Shown one piece after another: positions 8,580-20,662 of a stretch of DNA of 22,933 nucleotides; positions within the stretch are counted from its first letter, which is position 1, and each line of letters starts with the position of its first letter. Source of the stretch: Gemmatimonadota bacterium (GTDB taxonomy: Bacteria; Gemmatimonadota; Gemmatimonadetes; Gemmatimonadales; GWC2-71-9); contig QHTZ01000029.1 in NCBI GenBank assembly GCA_003221005.1, positions 1-22,933 on the forward strand, given 5' to 3'. The translations under genes were made by a program, and so were the position numbers. The notes under the pieces are model-generated. The model did no database searches. It was not told where the DNA came from and worked only from the letters and a program-made list of their open reading frames with translations.

Positions 8580-9194
8580 ATGGCATCGGGGCGGGCTGCC
8601 CTCGGCTTCCGCGTGAAGTCGGGGTGGGCGACCGCCGTCCTTGTCGTAGGCGGCAAGCCGGCCGCCCCGCCACAGGTGACCGACCGGCGCGTGGTCGAGC
8701 TCAGCGACCCCGCTGTGCCGAGCACGCGCCAGCCGTATCACGCCGTGATGGAGGCGTCGCCCCGGACCGGCGCGAAGCTCGCCCGGCGACTGACGAGTGT
8801 GGTGCGCAGGGCCGCTAGGACGTCCGTGCGGCGCCTCCTCAAGGACTATCGCGGCAGCGGCCACCACCCGGTCCGCGCCGGCATCGTCGTCGGCAGCGTC
8901 ATCGATCCCGCCGTGATCGCCAACGATCACATCCGCGCCCACGCGCTCGAAGGTCGGCTCTTCAGAACCGTCTTGGAACAGGCCCTTCGGTCGGAGGGAC
9001 TCGAGTGCGCGATCGTGTTGGAGCGCGCCGCCTACGCGCAGGGGGCAAAAGCCCTGCGCCAGCCGGAGCGGGTGCTCAAGCGCGCCGTGACGGCGCTGGG
9101 GCGATCGATCCAGGGGCCGTGGCGCGCAGACGAGAAGACCGCCGCGCTCGCCGCCTGGATGGCGCTCCGGGGCAGGGCGCAGGGACGGCGCTGA
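8580..9194 (+). CDS. Basic hypothetical protein, possibly RNase H/RuvC-like fold
   Basis: 204-aa ORF with coding-like codon usage, 4 bp after the DHOR stop; AALGFRVKSGWATAVLV, QPYH, H..AHALEG.LFR, GPWRADEK. Confidence 0.75.
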   Translation: MASGRAALGFRVKSGWATAVLVVGGKPAAPPQVTDRRVVELSDPAVPSTRQPYHAVMEASPRTGAKLARRLTSVVRRAARTSVRRLLKDYRGSGHHPVRAGIVVGSVIDPAVIANDHIRAHALEGRLFRTVLEQALRSEGLECAIVLERAAYAQGAKALRQPERVLKRAVTALGRSIQGPWRADEKTAALAAWMALRGRAQGRR

Positions 9195-10739
9195 TTACCG
9201 CCCCAGCGACACCACGGGACTGTACGCCTCCACCAACGACCGGCTCCACCATGCCCCCGTCGCACGCCGCTCGGCGGGCGTCGTGAAGCGATAATCGTAG
9301 AGCACCGCCCGCACGTACTTCGGCGGATGCGCCGGGAACGGGTTCCTGGCCAGTAGCGCCAGGACGGCGGGCGACCCCTCGAGCAGACGCGCCAGGAGCG
9401 GCTGGAACCAAAGCATCGTCTCGTAGCGACCCAGCGCGGCGAACCACATCTGCCAGTCGAGCCTCGGCTGGTGCGGCTCGACGAAACCCGGGGGCCGAAT
9501 CACGTCCCCCGGCTTGTACCGGTATTCGTATGCCCGCCAGGTGCTGCCGTCCTCACTCCCCTCGATGACGATCTCGAGACGCGATGTGGTCATGACGCGG
9601 AACAGGCCATAGCTGTTCACGCTGCGGAACGGTTCGACCCAGGCCAGCGCTCGCAGTGCGGGGAGGGGAAGGCGTGTGCGCGGCGAAAGGTTCTGCCAGA
9701 ACTTGGCGCAGCTCACGACGATCAGCAGGATCGCCACAATTGCCCGCAGCGCGCTGACCGCCTGCCCACTCCCGGCAACCACGACCCCACCCGATGTCGC
9801 CAGGCCCTGCACGAGACGCGCCGGCAGCACCTGAGCCCACCAGGCATCGTCGAGCAGCAGGAGCGCCAGCGTGATCGTGAGCAGGTTGAAGAAGTTGTAG
9901 TTGCCGGTCGCGAAGATGAGCACCTGGAGGACGATTGTGCCGGCGCAGGCCGCGAGACGCCAGCTCCGGGGCCCGAAAATCAGCAGCGGAACAGCCATCT
10001 CAAGCAGATACGTCACGACGACCGCGAGCTTCTTGAACCACGCGGGGAGCTGCTGCGCGTACCACGCGATCCGGGTGGGCAGGGGCTGCGTGTAGAAGTG
10101 ATAGTCCAGGGCCGTCAGGTTGAGCCACGTGGAGTCGCCCCAGGTGAGCTTCACGAGGCCGGATTGGAAGGCGAGCCGGAACAGGAGCCACCACAGGAGA
10201 AACAGCGCAGTCGCGGAGACGGCCGGGCCCGGGCGTCCCAGAACCGGTAGGATATGTCCCGGGGCGAGTAGGAGGGCGAGCAGTCCCGTCTCGAGCAGGA
10301 GCACATCCCACTGAAACGCCAGGAAGTCGCGCCCGACGGTCGCGAGCGAGAGATACAGCACCCACAGGAGCGCGAGGCAGATGGCCGGAGCAACGTCGCA
10401 GATGAGCACCGCCGCGCACGCGGCGCCGACACCGCACGCGAGCCCGAGTGCGCCGTCTCCCGCGCCCAGCCAGAACAAGGTGGGCGCGAGACGGTAGCGC
10501 TCCGGCCCCACGTAGCCCCGCAGCATCTGTAGGTACTGCTGCGCCGGGAGGATCCCTTGCGTCCCGAGCAACCCCTTCACCTGCACCCACAGCGAGACGA
10601 ACGCGATCAGATAGATGACGCCGAGCGCGCGGAAAAACACCCACCGGGTAACGGCGTACGTCGAGCGGCCGTCGGCGGAGCCAACGAGCCACTGGGCCCA
10701 CGAGTCGACCTGTGTGACGAGCCGCCCCAGCGCTTCCAT
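9195..10739 (-). CDS. Lipase maturation factor (LMF1) family membrane protein
   Basis: GLLG..GILPA, FQWDVLLLETG, SGLVKL, YHFYTQPLP, TGNYNFFNLLT, NSYGLFRVMT, HQPRLDWQMWFAAL, YDYRFT. Confidence 0.93.
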   Translation of the reverse strand: MEALGRLVTQVDSWAQWLVGSADGRSTYAVTRWVFFRALGVIYLIAFVSLWVQVKGLLGTQGILPAQQYLQMLRGYVGPERYRLAPTLFWLGAGDGALGLACGVGAACAAVLICDVAPAICLALLWVLYLSLATVGRDFLAFQWDVLLLETGLLALLLAPGHILPVLGRPGPAVSATALFLLWWLLFRLAFQSGLVKLTWGDSTWLNLTALDYHFYTQPLPTRIAWYAQQLPAWFKKLAVVVTYLLEMAVPLLIFGPRSWRLAACAGTIVLQVLIFATGNYNFFNLLTITLALLLLDDAWWAQVLPARLVQGLATSGGVVVAGSGQAVSALRAIVAILLIVVSCAKFWQNLSPRTRLPLPALRALAWVEPFRSVNSYGLFRVMTTSRLEIVIEGSEDGSTWRAYEYRYKPGDVIRPPGFVEPHQPRLDWQMWFAALGRYETMLWFQPLLARLLEGSPAVLALLARNPFPAHPPKYVRAVLYDYRFTTPAERRATGAWWSRSLVEAYSPVVSLGR

Positions 10740-10788
10740 GGGTGTCAGTATCTTAGTGTCTTTGACCGCCGCAGTTTAGATTTTCCCC
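10740..10788. promoter_or_regulatory. Compact divergent promoter region, probably giving leaderless transcripts
   Basis: AT-rich 49-bp gap. On +, TAGATT (10777-10782) is 6 nt before ATG 10789. On -, TAAGATACT lies 7 nt before ATG 10739. No SD on either side. Confidence 0.5.
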
Positions 10789-11385
10789 ATGCTCTTCGTC
10801 CTCGACAACTACGACTCCTTCACCTACAACCTCGTCCAGTACCTTGGCGAGCTGGGCGCGGAGCCCGTCGTCTATCGGAACGACGCGCTCAGCGTCGCCG
10901 ACGTGCTGGCCCTGAAGCCGGTCGCCGCCGTGCTCTCCCCTGGCCCGCGTACGCCGTCCGAGGCCGGTATCCTCGTCCCGCTCGTGAAGGCGTTGGCCGG
11001 TCAGATCCCGATCCTCGGCGTGTGCCTCGGTCATCAGGCGATCGGCGAGGCGTTCGGGGGACGGGTCGTGCGGGCGGAGCGGCTGATGCATGGGAAGACC
11101 TGTGCGGTGATGCACGATGGGGACGACCTGTTCGCCGGGATACCGAGTCCGCTCACGGGCATGCGCTATCACTCGCTGGTGGTGCAGCCCGAGTCGCTGC
11201 CGGCTGAGCTCGTGGTCACGGCCTGGAGCGCCGATCGGCCCAAGGGCGGGGGCGGGGAGATCATGGCTATGAGGCATCGCAGCCACCCGATCTACGGGGT
11301 CCAATTCCACCCCGAATCGATCGGGACGGAGCACGGTAAGCGGTTGCTGGAAAACTTCTTAAGGGTGGCGCACGCAGTGGTCTAG
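10789..11385 (+). CDS. trpG: Anthranilate synthase component II / aminodeoxychorismate synthase glutamine amidotransferase (TrpG/PabA)
   Basis: [41 protein letters not shown]. Confidence 0.93.
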   Translation: MLFVLDNYDSFTYNLVQYLGELGAEPVVYRNDALSVADVLALKPVAAVLSPGPRTPSEAGILVPLVKALAGQIPILGVCLGHQAIGEAFGGRVVRAERLMHGKTCAVMHDGDDLFAGIPSPLTGMRYHSLVVQPESLPAELVVTAWSADRPKGGGGEIMAMRHRSHPIYGVQFHPESIGTEHGKRLLENFLRVAHAVV

Positions 11386-11411
11386 ACGCCGCGGCACGAC
11401 TCTTGTATCTT
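11383..11411 (+). promoter_or_regulatory. Leaderless sigma70 promoter of the kdsB...rpoN operon, overlapping a sigma54-like -24/-12 box
   Basis: TAGACG (11383-11388), 17 bp, TATCTT (11406-11411), 5 nt, GTG start at 11417. CGGCACGACTCTTGTA (11392-11407) resembles YTGGCACG-N4-TTGCW. Confidence 0.55.
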
Positions 11412-11416
11412 GCCAC

Positions 11417-15112
<3,696 letters not shown>

Positions 15113-16051
15113 GCGCGGCCGCCGGGTGCTGCTCCTCGAGGCGGAGGCGATCACCCGGGTCGCCCGCCGCCTCGGACCCGCGTTCGCTGCCGCCGTCCAG
15201 CTGCTCGCCGCCGTCAAGGGACGGCTCATTGTCTCGGGGCTCGGCAAGTCGGGACTGATCGCGCGCAAGATCGCCGCCACCTTTACGTCCACTGGCACGC
15301 CCGCCAGCTTCCTCCACCCCGTTGATTCCGTCCATGGCGACCTGGGCATCGTCGGCCGGGAGGACGCGGCGCTGCTGCTCTCCAAGAGCGGCGCATCCGA
15401 CGAGCTGTTCGCGCTGCTGGCGCAACTGAAGCGCCTCGGCGTACCCATCATCGCCGTGACCGGCGACCCCGAATCGGCGCTCGCTCACCAGGCGGACGTG
15501 GTGCTCGACGCGAGCGTCACCGAAGAAGCCTGCCCCGAGACCCTGGCGCCGACGGCGAGTACCACCACCGCCCTCGCCCTGGGCGATGCGCTCGCCGTCG
15601 CGCTGCTCGAGGTGAAAGGCTTCCGCCGCGAGCAGTTCGCCGCGCTGCATCCCGGCGGCGCCTTGGGGCGGAAGCTGCTGCTCCGCGTGGCCGACGTCAT
15701 GCTCACGCGCGACCTGCCGACCCTCCACGCCGACCGGCCCATGCGCGAGTGCGTCGTGCTGCTGGCCGAGAAGCGCGGGACCGTGGCGGTGGTGGATGCG
15801 GCCGGCGCCCTCATCGGCGTCGTGACCGCGGGAGACCTGACGCGGCTGATGGAGCGCACCGACCGGTTCCTCGACCTCCCCGTGGGGGAGGTCATGACGC
15901 GGACGCCGAAGAGCACGCGGCCGGACGAGCTGGCCGGCGCCGCGATCCGCGTCATGGAGCAGCATGGCATCATGGCCCTGCCGGTGCTCGACGGCGGAGC
16001 AAAGGTCGTGGGCATCGTCCACCTGCACGACCTGATGCGCGCGGGGGCGGG

Positions 16052-16597
16052 ATGAGGGTGGCACCGCCCTTCCCGGTGCTCGCCGTGGCGCTCGTGGCCG
16101 CGCTCGCGTGTCGCGACGAAGGCCGGCCGACGGCCACCATCAACCCGGCCGACAGCGCCGACCAGGTGCTGCTCGGCATGTCGCACTACGTCACAGAAGA
16201 CGGCGTGCAGCGCGCCCGCGTTCGCGCGGACACGGCCTATCTGTACACTGCAACGCAGAGCGCCGATCTCAAACAGGTGCACATCACGTTCTACAACGCC
16301 GCAGGTGCGGAGTCCTCGACCCTCACGGCGCGGCTAGGGAGCTACCACTGGCGCACCGGTGACATGGAGGCGCACGGCAACGTCGTCGTCGTGACGACCG
16401 ACGGCCGGAGGCTGCGTACCGAGCAGCTGCGCTACAGCCAGGCCCGGAACGAGGTCACGTCGGACGGCCCCTTCGTGTTCGACGGACCGAACCGCCACGT
16501 GGAGGGCGAAGGATTCACCTCCGATCCCGACTTCAAGAACGTCGTCGCGAAGCACCCCAAGGGGACCGGCGGCAAGTTCACGCTGCCGAACCAATGA
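16052..16597 (+). CDS. lptC: LPS export periplasmic protein LptC, lipoprotein-like N-terminus
   Basis: ATGA coupling to kdsD. Beta-jellyroll motifs ADTAY, TLTA..G.Y, GNVVV, LRTEQLRY, VTSD, GEGF.SD. Sits in the kdsD-lptC-lptA-lptB position. Confidence 0.85.
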   Translation: MRVAPPFPVLAVALVAALACRDEGRPTATINPADSADQVLLGMSHYVTEDGVQRARVRADTAYLYTATQSADLKQVHITFYNAAGAESSTLTARLGSYHWRTGDMEAHGNVVVVTTDGRRLRTEQLRYSQARNEVTSDGPFVFDGPNRHVEGEGFTSDPDFKNVVAKHPKGTGGKFTLPNQ

Positions 16598-17991
16598 TGT
16601 CCGCCATGCTCACGCTCGCGCTGCTCCAGCAGCAGCCTGCCACCACCGCCACCCCTGCCGCCCCTGCCCGGGCGGCAGAGGCGGCAAAGGCCGTAGGGGA
16701 TTCCGCTGCCGGGCGGCCGTGCCAGGTGACGATTGACACGGTGGGGCACTACGGGCGCCAAGTCGAGGTGCGGCCGGGAGAGACCAACCTGTTCGCGGGC
16801 GGCGGCGTCCGCGCGCACTGCCAGGGCACCGGCAGCACGCTTGCGGCCGACAGCGTGGCCTGGTTCGCCGGGGTGGGACGGTTCGACATGCTGGGCGGCG
16901 TCCAGATCCGCGACACGGCGATCACCCTCGACGCGACCACGGCATCCTACTTCCTGCGTCAGGAGCGGCTCGAAGCCCACCGCAACGTCGTCGCGGTGAG
17001 CCGCGCGACCGGATCCGTCTTGCGCGGCCCAAACCTCACCTACTACCGCGCGGCCCGCGGCGTGCGCGACACCGTGGAGATGTACGCCACATCGCGTCCG
17101 ACCATCGACTACCGGGCGTCCCCAGATTCGGGGGAGCCCTACGTGATCGTGGGCGACCGGGTGCGGCTCAAGGGGAGTGACCGCGTCTGGGCCGGGGGGA
17201 GCGTCACGATCGACCGCAGCGATCTCGCGGCGCAAGGTGACTCCCTGATGCTCGACGAGACCGCGGGGCTGGGCGTGCTCGTGGGGAAGCCGGAGGTCCG
17301 GGGGAAGGGGCCACGGAGCTACCGCCTGCTCGGCCGGCGGATCGAGTTCGGGTTGCGGGGCCGGGAGGTGCGGCTGGTGAAGGCGCTCGGGGCCGGTCAG
17401 GCGAGGGGCGCCGACTGGCGGCTCACTGCGGACACGATCCACCTGCGCATAGACCGGCGCAAGCTCCAGCAGGTGTTCGCGTGGGGCGACTCGTCCCGCC
17501 CGCACGCCGTCTCCACCCTCCACACGATCCAGGCCGACTCCCTGGCGCTCGACCTGCCCGATGAAGCGCTCACGGAGGCCCGCGCCTTCCGCAAGGCACT
17601 CTCGACCTCGAAGCGGGATTCAGCGGCCCACGGGGGGGGGGGGGGGGGAGGGGGAGGGGGAGGCGGGGGCGACCAGGACTGGATCGCGGGCGACACGATC
17701 GTCGCGCACTGGCGGCAGCCCGCGGATTCCGCAGCCAAGCCGGAGCTCGACCGCCTGGTCGCTCGGGGCAAGGCCCGCGCCTTGACGCACCTCCGCAACG
17801 AGCGCGATTCCACGCGGCGCGCCCCATCAGTCAACTACACCCGGGGACGCGTCATCGACATCGCGCTGAAGGGCGACCGCATCGACCAGGTGCGCGCGCT
17901 CGGCCCCGCGGACGGGCTGCACCTCGAGCCGCTGCCGCCCGTTGACACGACCAAGGCCAGGCGCCCCAAGCGGCCCGGCAGGGCACCATGA
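16594..17991 (+). CDS. Extended LptA/OstA-like beta-jellyroll protein (465 aa) with a Gly13 insert
   Basis: Signal peptide; repeated L.ADS/ADT/GDS strand motifs (LAADSV, AQGDSL, LTADTI, IQADSL, IAGDTI); lies between lptC and lptB. Confidence 0.75.
   Translation: MMSAMLTLALLQQQPATTATPAAPARAAEAAKAVGDSAAGRPCQVTIDTVGHYGRQVEVRPGETNLFAGGGVRAHCQGTGSTLAADSVAWFAGVGRFDMLGGVQIRDTAITLDATTASYFLRQERLEAHRNVVAVSRATGSVLRGPNLTYYRAARGVRDTVEMYATSRPTIDYRASPDSGEPYVIVGDRVRLKGSDRVWAGGSVTIDRSDLAAQGDSLMLDETAGLGVLVGKPEVRGKGPRSYRLLGRRIEFGLRGREVRLVKALGAGQARGADWRLTADTIHLRIDRRKLQQVFAWGDSSRPHAVSTLHTIQADSLALDLPDEALTEARAFRKALSTSKRDSAAHGGGGGGGGGGGGGDQDWIAGDTIVAHWRQPADSAAKPELDRLVARGKARALTHLRNERDSTRRAPSVNYTRGRVIDIALKGDRIDQVRALGPADGLHLEPLPPVDTTKARRPKRPGRAP
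17632..17670 (+). repeat. G17 homopolymer followed by GGAGGG repeats (encodes 13 Gly)
   Basis: 17 consecutive G at 17632-17648, then AGGGGGAGGGGGAGGCGGGGGC. Confidence 0.95.
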
Positions 17992-19193
17992 CCGCCGCTC
18001 CTCCTCCTGCGTCGCTCCGCTTCGCCGAACTGCTCGCGACCCGCGATTCGTCGCTCGCGCTCGTCGTCGCGGCGCTGGCGCGCGTCGCCAACGCCCAGGG
18101 GCGCACCACCTTCGGGGAGCTGGCCGTCGCTTACCGCGAGGAATTCCTGAAGCTGCAGGTCCACACCAGGGGTGCGAGTGCACCCGACGCGGGCAGCCTC
18201 TCGGTGGACGAGGCGCGTACCCACCTGGGCAACTCCGTTCTCCCGCGGCTCGCGGTGCTCAAGGTGGTGACGTTCCCCGCCGGCGTGCTGTGGAGCGAGG
18301 CGCCGGTGGCGTTCGCGGCGGACGCCTGGAGCGAGCTTGCCGCCGACCGGGAAGGGGCCGCCCGCCAGTTCCTCGCGGTGGCGGAGCAGGCGGTCGCGCG
18401 CGCCGCGGCGGTGAGCGGCGAGCACCCGCGGCTCCGCGGCGGCAGCGTGCTCGAAGCCCATCATCTCGCCAAGGTATACAAGGGGCGCCGCGTGGTGAAC
18501 GACGTCTCCCTTGCCCTCGAGCAGGGCGAAATCGTCGGCCTGCTCGGGCCCAACGGGGCAGGGAAGACCACAACGTTCTACATGATCACCGGCCTCATCC
18601 GCGCCGACGAGGGTGACATCGCCCTCGACGGCGCCGACATCACGGACGAGCCGATGTATCGCCGCGCCCGAATGGGCGTCGGCTACCTCGCGCAGGAGCC
18701 GTCGGTGTTCCGCAAGCTGACCGTCGAGGAAAACGTGCTCGCGATTCTCGAGCTACTCCCCCTCGACGACGCCGAGCGACAGGCGCGGCTCGAGCAGGTG
18801 CTCGACGAACTCGCCATCAAACACCTCCGGCGCCAGAAGGCATTCCAGCTCTCGGGGGGCGAGCGGCGCCGGCTCGAAATCACGCGCGCGCTCGTCACCG
18901 ACCCGAAGTTCATGCTGCTCGACGAGCCGTTCGCGGGCGTGGACCCTATCGCGGTGCACGACATCCAGACGATCGTCGCCGGCTTGCGGCACCGCGGCAT
19001 CGGGGTTCTCATCACCGATCACAGCGTCGAGCAGACCCTGGACATCGTGGACCGGGCGTACATCATGTTCGAGGGCAAGGTCCAGGTGTCCGGCACGGTG
19101 CGCGAGCTCGTGTTCAACGACCGGGTGGCCGATCTGTATCTCGGGCCCACCCTCACGGCGCGCCTCCGCGCCCGCCTCACCCAGGCGGCATGA
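17988..19193 (+). CDS. lptB: LPS export ABC transporter ATPase LptB with a ~153-aa N-terminal extra domain
   Basis: GLLGPNGAGKTT, YLAQEPSVFRKLTVEEN, LSGGERRRLEITRAL, LLDEPFAGVDPIAV, ITDH. The ATPase core starts near 18447; ATG 17988 is coupled to the upstream stop. Confidence 0.93.
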   Translation: MTAAPPPASLRFAELLATRDSSLALVVAALARVANAQGRTTFGELAVAYREEFLKLQVHTRGASAPDAGSLSVDEARTHLGNSVLPRLAVLKVVTFPAGVLWSEAPVAFAADAWSELAADREGAARQFLAVAEQAVARAAAVSGEHPRLRGGSVLEAHHLAKVYKGRRVVNDVSLALEQGEIVGLLGPNGAGKTTTFYMITGLIRADEGDIALDGADITDEPMYRRARMGVGYLAQEPSVFRKLTVEENVLAILELLPLDDAERQARLEQVLDELAIKHLRRQKAFQLSGGERRRLEITRALVTDPKFMLLDEPFAGVDPIAVHDIQTIVAGLRHRGIGVLITDHSVEQTLDIVDRAYIMFEGKVQVSGTVRELVFNDRVADLYLGPTLTARLRARLTQAA

Positions 19194-20662
19194 AGACCGG
19201 CCTGCACCAGCACGCGGCGCTCCGTCAGGAGCTGCGCATCAACCCTCGCCTGTACCAGGCGATGGACCTCCTCTACATGCCGCTGCTCGACCTCCAGCAG
19301 CATCTGAAGCAGGAGCTGCTCGGTAATCCCTTCCTCGAGCTGATCGAGCCCGAAGAGGAGACCGAGGTGCCGGTGGCGGAGGAGACGAAGCCCGAGCCCG
19401 AAAAAACGGGCGACGACGAGCCCGACTGGGAAAACATCCTGCTCGACGACGGCACTGACCTCGGCGTCCCGGCCCGGGACATGAGCGAGGCGGTGGAATA
19501 CGTAGAGCCGGTGCCGGTCGAGTCCAAGGATCTGATCGACTACCTGCGCGAGCAGGTGCGGATGCTCGATCTGACGCCGCGCCAGCAGCTCCTCGCCGAG
19601 GAGTTCCTCGGCAACATCGCCGAAGACGGCTACCTCGGTGCCACGCTCGAGGAGATCGTCCAGGGAGCGAACCAGCTGCTCGAAGAGCACGCGACCCAGG
19701 CCGAGGCAGGGGATGGCGCGGAGCCGCCCGCGGTCCAGCCCTATACGCTCGCCGAAGCCGAGGAGATGCTCCACATCATCCAGAAGCTCGACCCTCCGGG
19801 CGTCGGCACACGCGACCTGCGCGAGTGTCTGATGCTGCAGCTCGAGGACCAGAAGAAGACCGACACGCTCGCCTATCGCCTCGTGCGAGAGGCGTGGGAG
19901 GACTTGAAGGGTCACCGCTGGAGCGAGCTCGGCAAGCGGTTCAGCCTCGACCCCTCCGAGGTGCAGCGCGTGGCGGACGACCTGGCGAAGCTCGACCCCA
20001 AGCCGGGCCTCCAGCACTCGGCGGCGAACGACGCGTACATCATCCCCGATCTCATCGTCGAGAAAATCGACGGCCAGTACCACGTCTTCCTGAACGACGG
20101 CGGCGTGCCGCGCCTCCGAATCTCCAAGGTGTACCAGGACATCGCACGCGACAAGAAGAAGTTCGACGGCGAGAACAAGGAATTCATCAACCAGCGTCTC
20201 AACAGCGCGCACTGGATGATCCAGGCGATCGAGCAGCGCCGTCAGACGATGCTCAAGGTCATGAACTTCATCGTGGACCGGCAGCGCGAGTTCTTCGAAA
20301 AGGGCGTCGAGTACCTGAAGCCGCTCACCCTGCGCGAAGTAGCCGACGTCATCAACATGCACGAGAGCACCGTCAGCCGCGTCACCAACGAGAAGTACGT
20401 GCAGACGCCGCGCGGGCTGCTGCCGCTCAAGTTCTTCTTCTCGAGCGGCCTCTCGACCACGACGGGCGAGGATGCGAGCGCCCGCTCCATCAAGGCGCAG
20501 ATTCAGAAGCTAGTCACCGACGAAGACCCGAAGAACCCGCTCACCGATCAGCAGATCGTCGAGCTGTTCGACCAGAAGGGCGTCAAGATCGCCCGGCGCA
20601 CGGTGGCCAAGTACCGCGACCAGCTAGGCATCCTGCCCGCCCGGATGCGCAAGCGCCTGTGA
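19190..20662 (+). CDS. rpoN: RNA polymerase sigma-54 factor
   Basis: Q/L-rich region I, NPFLE, DPPGVGTRDLRECL, LKPLTLREVA, HESTVSR, RpoN box ARRTVAKYR. Confidence 0.97.
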   Translation: MKTGLHQHAALRQELRINPRLYQAMDLLYMPLLDLQQHLKQELLGNPFLELIEPEEETEVPVAEETKPEPEKTGDDEPDWENILLDDGTDLGVPARDMSEAVEYVEPVPVESKDLIDYLREQVRMLDLTPRQQLLAEEFLGNIAEDGYLGATLEEIVQGANQLLEEHATQAEAGDGAEPPAVQPYTLAEAEEMLHIIQKLDPPGVGTRDLRECLMLQLEDQKKTDTLAYRLVREAWEDLKGHRWSELGKRFSLDPSEVQRVADDLAKLDPKPGLQHSAANDAYIIPDLIVEKIDGQYHVFLNDGGVPRLRISKVYQDIARDKKKFDGENKEFINQRLNSAHWMIQAIEQRRQTMLKVMNFIVDRQREFFEKGVEYLKPLTLREVADVINMHESTVSRVTNEKYVQTPRGLLPLKFFFSSGLSTTTGEDASARSIKAQIQKLVTDEDPKNPLTDQQIVELFDQKGVKIARRTVAKYRDQLGILPARMRKRL

